Part shown: one piece after another, positions 57,626 through 64,000 of the stretch | How positions within the stretch are numbered: the stretch's first letter is position 1 | How the letters are laid out: each line of letters begins with the position of its first letter | Assembly: GCA_937129385.1 (NCBI GenBank) | Contig: CAKZNC010000100.1 | Location: forward strand, 12,349 to 76,348 | Source: an uncultured Bacteroidota bacterium | Lineage (GTDB): Bacteria; Bacteroidota; Bacteroidia; Bacteroidales; GCA-2748055 | Direction of reading: 5' to 3' | Length of the DNA: 64,000 nt | The notes under the pieces: model-generated | The model's input: only the letters and a program-made list of their open reading frames with translations | Told to the model about the DNA's origin: nothing | Databases searched by the model: none | Program-made: the position numbers and the translations under genes

Positions 57626-57781
57626 TAGATTTGGATTTTAGATATCCCAAAGTTAATTTATTGTTAAGAAAAAGTAAAATAATTTTCTCATTTAACATTT
57701 CATTTTCCTGTTAAGAATCAGAAAAACAGGCAAATAAGAGTTAACAATTGATTAACGATGATAGGCCTGGGGGGGGCTTTT

Positions 57782-58660
57782 TTAGAATAATCTGTCTGTG
57801 AGCAGGATCTCATATGCAGGGTCGAGATCATCTCTCCAACCGATCATATAGGAGGTGAAATCACCAATTTCAGTATTTCGGAGTTCCATGCCATCCGGAT
57901 TTTGCATGATGTCGTTCGGAAACTGTTCACCCGCAAATTTGATTTTCCGATTGCTCTTTCTTTCGAAGGACTTATACATGTCGATACCCCCGAAAAGCTT
58001 GAGAAAATAGTGTGCGATCTCAGCGGGATACTTGTAGCTGACTAAAGCAAATTCCACATCTTCAGTGTTCATTGTGTTGATTGCGAGCGAGATGTCGTCC
58101 CTGAAATAGTTGTTGACAAAAAACATCAGGGCGACACTTTCAACACCATAGGCATCCCTTAAATGTGCAATCAGGCGTTCTTTTGTCCCCGGCTTTTTCG
58201 TTGCAGGTATTCCATCTTTTTCCTTAATGTAGAGGGATTCACCAACAATTTTTGCTACATAGTCTGCCCACCGGTTCAGGGCATAGATCCCTTTACTGTA
58301 ATTGGGATCAGTAACACTTGTCTTTACAGTGTTTTTTGGCAGATTCCTGTTGATCGTGGTATACTCATTCCCTATGTAATAGTCGGTTTTGATATTGAGC
58401 TCCACGCCTGCTTTCGATGCCTTTGTTTCCAGCCATCGCTTTGCCACATGTATTGAATCTATCGTTGTCATGATGTCAAACTCGGTCCACGGAGAAGTAG
58501 TCCGTGAATCGATGAATACGAAATAGAGCAATACATCGTTGTGGAGTGATTTGCATACATTGTTCTCTCGTGCCTCAAGGAATGTTTCCCTGGAGGATGG
58601 ACCGGCAGAAATAAAAATTAAAGCCAGTAGCATATAAATTACTGTTAACTTGATCTTCAT
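57782..58660 (-). CDS. Secreted hypothetical protein (292 aa)
   Basis: Has an N-terminal hydrophobic signal (MKIKLTVIYMLLALIFISAG). I recognise no family. Confidence 0.6.
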   Translation of the reverse strand: MKIKLTVIYMLLALIFISAGPSSRETFLEARENNVCKSLHNDVLLYFVFIDSRTTSPWTEFDIMTTIDSIHVAKRWLETKASKAGVELNIKTDYYIGNEYTTINRNLPKNTVKTSVTDPNYSKGIYALNRWADYVAKIVGESLYIKEKDGIPATKKPGTKERLIAHLRDAYGVESVALMFFVNNYFRDDISLAINTMNTEDVEFALVSYKYPAEIAHYFLKLFGGIDMYKSFERKSNRKIKFAGEQFPNDIMQNPDGMELRNTEIGDFTSYMIGWRDDLDPAYEILLTDRLF

Positions 58661-58722
58661 CGGACGTTCAGTTGATACTAAACAAATGTAACAATTCTGT
58701 CTGAATCACTCCTTTGCTGATA

Positions 58723-59370
58723 TTATTTGGTTTTTGATATTTTGTGATAATATCTGCATAAATCCGTCAGACCACACTCTCTGCACCTGGGTTTCCGCGC
58801 CTGGCAAACATACCTTCCATGGAGGATCAGCCAGTGATGTGCCTTATGGACCAGGGATTCCGGAATATATCTTGTAAGTTGAAGTTCTGCATCAAGTGGT
58901 GACTTTGCCCGGCTGGTGAGTCCAATCCGCTCAGCTACCCTGAATACATGGGTGTCAACAGCCATGGCCGGCTTCCTGAAGGCAACAGAAAGAATGACAT
59001 TCGCAGTTTTCCGGCCTACACCCGGAAGTTTCTGCAATTCCTCCAGTGTGTCGGGCACCTGGCCATCAAAATCAGCAGTCAGCATCCTTGCCATGCCGAC
59101 AAGGTGCCTGGCTTTGTTGTTGGGGTATGAACAGCTCCTGATGTATTCAAAAACCTCACTGGGTTCATGTTTTGCCAGTACTTCGGCATCCGGAAATTTC
59201 TTAAAAAAGTCCTGGGTGATGATGTTGACCCTTTTATCAGTGCATTGTGCAGAAAGAATAACTGCAATGATCAATTCGTAAGGGTCGGTATAAGTCAATT
59301 CTGTCTCAGCAACAGGCATATGCTTTTCGAAGTATGCAATTACCCGTTCATATCGCGCAGCTTTTTTCAT
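58723..59370 (-). CDS. nth: Endonuclease III (DNA-(apurinic/apyrimidinic site) lyase)
   Basis: 215-aa ORF with the HhH-GPD motif (LPGVGRKTANVIL), the catalytic Lys/Asp context and the C-terminal 4Fe-4S cluster CQARKPRCRECGLTDLC. Confidence 0.93.
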   Translation of the reverse strand: MKKAARYERVIAYFEKHMPVAETELTYTDPYELIIAVILSAQCTDKRVNIITQDFFKKFPDAEVLAKHEPSEVFEYIRSCSYPNNKARHLVGMARMLTADFDGQVPDTLEELQKLPGVGRKTANVILSVAFRKPAMAVDTHVFRVAERIGLTSRAKSPLDAELQLTRYIPESLVHKAHHWLILHGRYVCQARKPRCRECGLTDLCRYYHKISKTK

Positions 59371-59557
59371 GGAATTTGGAAATCTTTCATTGAATCAGAC
59401 CCTAAAAATAGTTTATTTTTGATCAGCATTGAAAGACTGCTATTTAGATTTTCAAAGATCCGAGGGGTTAAAACTTGAAAATTTACTAAAATCGATCAGA
59501 TTCACTTATAATCTTTGTATTTATAAATAATTATAATTACGTTTACACGGCGAAATT

Positions 59558-59608
59558 ATGATGACAAATCCACGTGCATATTATTTCTATTTTTTTGATC
59601 TGCGATAG
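59558..59608 (+). CDS. Candidate aromatic-amino-acid leader peptide MMTNPRAYYFYFFDLR
   Basis: My own reading: ATG ATG ACA AAT CCA CGT GCA TAT TAT TTC TAT TTT TTT GAT CTG CGA TAG. Six consecutive Tyr/Phe codons lie 120 nt upstream of pheA. The ORF is too short to appear in the ORF track. Confidence 0.6.
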   Translation: MMTNPRAYYFYFFDLR

Positions 59609-59632
59609 TTGGTCGGGAGAATAGTATGGATG

Positions 59633-59664
59633 TACCCGGCGTATGCGTCGGGTATTTTTGTTTT
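59633..59664 (+). terminator. Attenuator terminator hairpin upstream of pheA
   Basis: TACCCGGCG-TATG-CGTCGGGTA forms a 9-bp stem with one G-U pair, followed by TTTTTGTTTT. The upstream segment GGTCGGG (59611..59617) can pair with the same 5' arm (CCCGGC) instead. Confidence 0.65.
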
Positions 59665-59728
59665 AGGGCATTTGTCAACGCATATTTCAGGAAATATTTG
59701 ATACCGCTAAGTGGAAAAAAAACAAATA

Positions 59729-60565
59729 ATGAAGCGAATTGCGATACAGGGAGGATACGGTGCATTTCATGAACTTGCAGCAATAAAATACTTCGGTGGC
59801 GAAGAGATTGAGATCCTGCCACGCGATACCTTCCGTGACCTGCTTTCCTCCTTGAAAGATCAGAAATCAGACTATGGTATCATGGCCATTGAGAATTCAC
59901 TGGCCGGCAGCATTCTTCCAAATTACAATCTTCTGAAAGACACGCCAATGCGTGTGATTGGAGAGGTGTACCTGCGGATTAAACAAAATCTCGTTGCACT
60001 GCCGGGTGTGGAGATCAGGGACATTACGGAGACCTTCTCACATCCAATGGCCATCCTGCAGTGCAAACATTTTTTTGAAAAATACCCGCATATCAGGTTG
60101 ATCGAGAGTGTGGATACTGCACTTAGTGCAAAAGAGATCTCCGAGAAAAAGATAGGCACTGCAGCGGCCATTGCCAGCAGGATCGCAGCGGAAAAGTACG
60201 GGTTGAATATTCTTGCTGAGGGAATTGAAACAAACAAAATGAACTATACAAGGTTTCTTATCTTGAAGGAGAATGGCGGAGAGATTGAAAAGAGTTTGGT
60301 AAACAAGGCATCTATTCATTTTGCGCTTGCACACCAGATCGGCTCACTTTCCAAGATACTTTCCATATTCTCTTTTCATGAGATCAACCTTGCGAAGATC
60401 CAGTCCATGCCGATTATGGGCAAGGACTGGGAATACCAGTTTTATGTAGACCTGGAGATCAATGATTTTGATATGTACCAGAAAGCACTGGAATCGATCA
60501 AACCCTTTACATCCGGACTGATGGTAATGGGAGAGTATATAAAAGGTGAAGTATATTTTGATTAA
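59729..60565 (+). CDS. pheA: Prephenate dehydratase
   Basis: MKRIAIQGGYGAFHELAA... with a PDT domain (TRFLIL motif) and a C-terminal ACT domain. I prefer the ATG at 59729 over the GTG at 59711. Confidence 0.9.
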   Translation: MKRIAIQGGYGAFHELAAIKYFGGEEIEILPRDTFRDLLSSLKDQKSDYGIMAIENSLAGSILPNYNLLKDTPMRVIGEVYLRIKQNLVALPGVEIRDITETFSHPMAILQCKHFFEKYPHIRLIESVDTALSAKEISEKKIGTAAAIASRIAAEKYGLNILAEGIETNKMNYTRFLILKENGGEIEKSLVNKASIHFALAHQIGSLSKILSIFSFHEINLAKIQSMPIMGKDWEYQFYVDLEINDFDMYQKALESIKPFTSGLMVMGEYIKGEVYFD

Positions 60566-60576
60566 ATTTTTAAAAA

Positions 60577-61662
60577 ATGGTTGTTGAAGTTGATTTAAAA
60601 CCCCTGTCCATTAAGGGGCTGAAAGGAAAAAGACCACTGATAATGGCGGGTCCGTGCAGCGCCGAATCCGAAGAGCAGGTTCTGATCACTGCACGGGAAA
60701 TTGCTGCACTTGGTGTTCCGGTTTACAGGGCCGGAATATGGAAACCAAGGACAAGGCCAAATGCTTTTGAAGGGGTCGGATCGGTAGGATTGCCCTGGTT
60801 GCAGGCAGTTAAAAAAGAGACAGGAATGCTGGTCTCCACGGAAGTTGCCAATGTGAAACATGTCTATGAAGCCCTCAAGTATGGGGTTGATATCCTTTGG
60901 ATTGGCGCGCGGACATCAGCGAATCCCTTTGCTGTGCAGGAGATTGCTGACAGCCTAAAGGGGGTGAAGATCCCTGTATTCGTAAAAAATCCGGTCAATC
61001 CGGATGTTGATCTTTGGATCGGGGCCATCGAGCGGATCAACCAGGCAGGGATTGAGGAGATCGCAGCAATTCACAGGGGGTTTTCAAGCTATGATAAGAC
61101 CATTTACAGGAATTCCCCTCACTGGCAGGTTCCAATTGAATTGAGGCGAAGGATACCTGAACTCCCGATCATTACAGATCCCAGTCACATTTGTGGCTCC
61201 AGGGAATTGATCTATGATATCAGTCAGAAAGCCATGGATCTCAACTTTGACGGTTTGATCATCGAAACCCATCATCAGCCAGACAAAGCCTGGAGTGATG
61301 CAAAACAGCAGTTAACGCCGGAAGGATTGGGCAAGGTGCTGGATCGCCTGATCATGCGTGATCCGGATATTGATGCCGAACTTATGCTTACCTTGGCAGA
61401 GCTTAGAGACAATATTGACAAACTGGACGACAAACTGATCAATCTTGTTGAACAGCGGATGAAAGTGGTGGAAAATATAGGTACATACAAGAAAGATAAC
61501 AATATCACCATTCTGCAAAACAAGCGATGGGATGACATGCTTCGAAGTCGACTGATACTGGGAGAACGTAAAGGATTGAGCGAGGATTTTATAAATAAGA
61601 TATTCAGTGCGATACACCAGGAATCCATTAACAAGCAAACCCGCATAATGAACGAAGATTAA
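60577..61662 (+). CDS. Bifunctional 3-deoxy-7-phosphoheptulonate (DAHP) synthase / chorismate mutase type II
   Basis: 361-aa ORF with a class I-beta DAHPS/KDO8PS-like barrel (IMAGPCSAES, KPRT, DPSH) and a C-terminal AroQ chorismate mutase helix (LRDNIDKLDDKLINLVEQRMKVV). Confidence 0.88.
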   Translation: MVVEVDLKPLSIKGLKGKRPLIMAGPCSAESEEQVLITAREIAALGVPVYRAGIWKPRTRPNAFEGVGSVGLPWLQAVKKETGMLVSTEVANVKHVYEALKYGVDILWIGARTSANPFAVQEIADSLKGVKIPVFVKNPVNPDVDLWIGAIERINQAGIEEIAAIHRGFSSYDKTIYRNSPHWQVPIELRRRIPELPIITDPSHICGSRELIYDISQKAMDLNFDGLIIETHHQPDKAWSDAKQQLTPEGLGKVLDRLIMRDPDIDAELMLTLAELRDNIDKLDDKLINLVEQRMKVVENIGTYKKDNNITILQNKRWDDMLRSRLILGERKGLSEDFINKIFSAIHQESINKQTRIMNED

Positions 61663-61667
61663 TACGG

Positions 61668-62696
61668 ATGCAGGAACTGACGCTACATATTGATGACCAT
61701 CGCACAAGTATTCTGATCGGAAGAAATCTGTTTCCGCAGCGGGATATAAAGGCCGAAGGTAAGGTGATCTATCTCGTCGATGTTAATGTTTACCAGCACC
61801 ATAAAGAAAAATTTGAAGGTTTGCAATTTATTCTGATCCCCAGCGGTGAGAAATATAAATGTCTTGCCTACGTGGAGGAGCTGATGCGAAAACTTGTCGA
61901 CCTGGAAGCCGACAGAACCTCATTCCTGGTTGGGGTCGGGGGTGGACTTGTCACCGACCTTGTTGGGTTTGTTGCATCCACATTTATGAGGGGGGTTGGT
62001 TTTGGCTTTATTTCCACAACCCTGCTTGGCCAGGTCGATGCAAGTATCGGGGGAAAGAACGGGGTGAACCTCGACGGATTCAAGAATATGATCGGTGTGA
62101 TCCGGCAACCCTCATTCGTTTGGTGTGACCTGACAATGATCGAGTCTCTCGACCAGGGAGAGTTGGTTTCCGGTTTTGCGGAAGTGATCAAGTATGGTGC
62201 GATAAGGGACAGGAAACTCTTTGATTTCCTTGAAGAGAATTACAGTTCAGTCCTTGACCGGAAAACAGAACTACTCGAAAGGATAGTGACCGATTCAGCT
62301 GCCATCAAGATCGATATTGTCGAATCGGATGTGACAGAATTGGGTGACCGGAAATTGCTTAACTTTGGACATACGCTGGGACATGCGATAGAAAAGTTAA
62401 CGGGAATCCTGCATGGTGAGGCGGTCGCGATCGGTATGGTCCTGGCAGCAGAACTGTCCGTAAAGCTGGGATATCTCGGGAGAGATGAAGCTGACAGGCT
62501 CAGAGGGGTGATCGAGGCATCAGGGCTCCCGGTGGAAACAGATCAGTCAATGGAGGCAATCTTCGAAACTCTGCTAAAAGATAAAAAAAGGTCGGGAATC
62601 CACCTGGGCATGATACTGTTGCATTCCCTCGGCGATGCTTTTGTACATAAAATCGAGCTCGAATCATTAAAGAAAGCCCTCTATGATCTGCATTAG
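61668..62696 (+). CDS. aroB: 3-dehydroquinate synthase
   Basis: 342-aa ORF with GVGGGLVTDLVGFVA, DASIGGKNGVN and metal ligands in the HTLGHAIE context. Confidence 0.9.
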   Translation: MQELTLHIDDHRTSILIGRNLFPQRDIKAEGKVIYLVDVNVYQHHKEKFEGLQFILIPSGEKYKCLAYVEELMRKLVDLEADRTSFLVGVGGGLVTDLVGFVASTFMRGVGFGFISTTLLGQVDASIGGKNGVNLDGFKNMIGVIRQPSFVWCDLTMIESLDQGELVSGFAEVIKYGAIRDRKLFDFLEENYSSVLDRKTELLERIVTDSAAIKIDIVESDVTELGDRKLLNFGHTLGHAIEKLTGILHGEAVAIGMVLAAELSVKLGYLGRDEADRLRGVIEASGLPVETDQSMEAIFETLLKDKKRSGIHLGMILLHSLGDAFVHKIELESLKKALYDLH

Positions 62697-63318
62697 TATC
62701 GGCAATGAATCCATGATCAGGGAGGTGAATGCATTGAAACCTTCCCTGGTGGAGATCCGGTATGACCTGCTCAGGAGAGAGCCTGCGATGGTTGCCGGGG
62801 AACTTGACAGCGCGATATTGCAGGTAGCTACCTGTCGGCCAGGTATTTATCCAGAGGAAGAAAGGATGCAGATACTCAAAGATGCGGTGGTCAACGGAGC
62901 ACTCTACGTTGATATAGAGATCGAATCATCCGCAGACTACCTGGCAGAAATAGGAAGCATTGCGAAGGAGAAAAAAGTGCACCTGATCATATCGTATCAC
63001 AACTATAAGGAAACACCCTCTTCAGAAGAACTGAAAGAAATTCTGGCCACCTGCTACGAAAAGGGAGCTGATGTGGCCAAGATCGCTTGCCAGGTGAATG
63101 ATCGGGATGACAATGCACGACTCCTTTCCCTCTATTCAGAGCAGGGCAGGAAGGTGGTCATCGGCATGGGACAGATCGGCAGGGTCACAAGGTATGCAGC
63201 CATCGATCTGGGTGCTGAGTTTTCATTCGCCAGCATTGCTGATGATGCATCCACTGCTCCCGGACAGCTCACTTATCAGCAATTTCAATCCATACAAAAA
63301 ACGCTAAGAAACGCATGA
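62683..63318 (+). CDS. aroD: Type I 3-dehydroquinate dehydratase (short form)
   Basis: 211-aa ORF with LVEIRYDLL, the His context ISYHNY and the Schiff-base Lys context ADVAKIACQ. Overlaps aroB by 14 nt. Confidence 0.8.
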   Translation: MICISIGNESMIREVNALKPSLVEIRYDLLRREPAMVAGELDSAILQVATCRPGIYPEEERMQILKDAVVNGALYVDIEIESSADYLAEIGSIAKEKKVHLIISYHNYKETPSSEELKEILATCYEKGADVAKIACQVNDRDDNARLLSLYSEQGRKVVIGMGQIGRVTRYAAIDLGAEFSFASIADDASTAPGQLTYQQFQSIQKTLRNA

Positions 63319-64000
63319 ATTCATTCGGTCGGTTATTCAGGGTAAGTATATTCGGTGAATCCCACGGTCAGCTTGTCGGCGTGATCCTTGACGGGGTCCC
63401 TGCAGGTATAAGCATTTCGGAAGATGATCTCATGGCAGATCTTGCCCGGCGAAAAAGTGGTGCAGCAGGTACAACACCAAGGAAAGAGGACGATATACCA
63501 CACATCCGGTCAGGGGTTTTCAATGGTTTCACAACAGGCGCTCCGCTGGTTATACAGGTGGAGAATAAGAATACACGCTCAAGGGATTATACTGAATTAA
63601 GGAAGACTCCGCGGCCGGGACATGCAGATTTCACAGCCTTTAAAAAATTTGGAGGTTACGAAGATTACAGGGGAGGGGGGCATTTTTCGGGCCGGCTCAC
63701 CACAGGACTCGTTGCTGCTGGAGCAATTGCAAAGAAACTGATCAGTCCGGTTACCATGGAGACCTCGATCCTTGAGGTAGGCGGCAGCGAGGATATCCAG
63801 GCTGCCATTGACAAAGCGGTGGAAGAAAAAGATTCCATCGGAGGGATCATCGAATGCAGGATCAATGGATTGCCATCCGGGGTGGGCGAACCTTTTTTTG
63901 ATTCATTTGAAGCAGTGATCAGCCACATGGTCTTTTCCATCCCGGCAATCAAGGGAATTGAATTCGGATCAGGGTTTGCAGCAGCCAAAATGAAAGGCAG
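63315..64000 (+). CDS. aroC: Chorismate synthase, C-terminus cut by window edge
   Basis: My own translation from the ATG at 63315 gives MNSFGRLFRVSIFGESHGQLVGVILDGVPAG...RPGHADFTAFKKFGGYEDYRGGGHFSGR... Has an ATGA overlap with aroD. Not in the ORF track because it has no stop in the window. Confidence 0.9.
   Translation, partial: MNSFGRLFRVSIFGESHGQLVGVILDGVPAGISISEDDLMADLARRKSGAAGTTPRKEDDIPHIRSGVFNGFTTGAPLVIQVENKNTRSRDYTELRKTPRPGHADFTAFKKFGGYEDYRGGGHFSGRLTTGLVAAGAIAKKLISPVTMETSILEVGGSEDIQAAIDKAVEEKDSIGGIIECRINGLPSGVGEPFFDSFEAVISHMVFSIPAIKGIEFGSGFAAAKMKG

Noticed and set aside
57769-57776. G8 homopolymer in the intergenic region upstream of the MORN-repeat gene, considered as a possible phase-variation tract or terminator.
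   Set aside because: It lies about 145 nt upstream of the downstream gene's start and just after the upstream gene's stop. It is neither in coding sequence nor between recognisable promoter elements. The surrounding sequence does not form a convincing hairpin with a T-run on the relevant strand. Length variation would need population sequencing to establish.
1-64000. Scan for tRNA, rRNA, CRISPR repeats, IS inverted repeats, and defence-system genes (nucleases, helicases, STAND ATPases).
   Set aside because: I recognised none by eye. Intergenic space is short throughout and all large ORFs are accounted for. Small RNAs cannot be excluded without covariance-model searches such as Infernal/Rfam or tRNAscan-SE.

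Overview
This is a dense chromosomal segment with about 60 protein genes on both strands. By eye I found no rRNA, tRNA, CRISPR array, IS element or prophage. Several signals point to a Bacteroidota genome: a type-B T9SS C-terminal sorting domain, TAnnTTTG-type -7 promoter boxes, no Shine-Dalgarno dependence, a bifunctional DAHP synthase/chorismate mutase, and tandem PPDK and PEPCK genes. Most genes are housekeeping: uxs/ugd, rpsA, rnz, guaA, gcvT, serC-serA, ppdK, pckA, plsY, cdaA, folP, tmk, tpiA, prmA, rsmE, uvrA, nth, and a pheA-aroG/CM-aroB-aroD-aroC operon. The observations most worth a second look are listed here. (1) A 16-codon leader ORF with six consecutive Tyr/Phe codons, followed by mutually exclusive antiterminator and terminator hairpins, lies in front of the pheA-aro operon. 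(2) Several partner-switching and phosphorelay parts are present with no cognate kinase, phosphatase or output gene in the window: a SiaB-like kinase with a DUF1987/SiaC-like protein, a translationally coupled Hpt-STAS pair, and a second orphan STAS gene. (3) An unusually decorated ABC-G-type transporter is convergent on the SiaB/C-like pair. (4) A tightly packed minus-strand operon encodes a small secreted protein with a predicted N-terminal His, an 875-aa type-B T9SS adhesin, a TPR protein and a HEAT-like protein, and it sits divergent from a HupE/UreJ metal transporter. (5) There is a 1488-aa secreted protein of unknown function, and a run of uncharacterised secreted and lipoprotein genes at 55.5-58.7 kb. 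All functional calls rest on motif recognition in the supplied translations and my own reading of the DNA. No database search was run.
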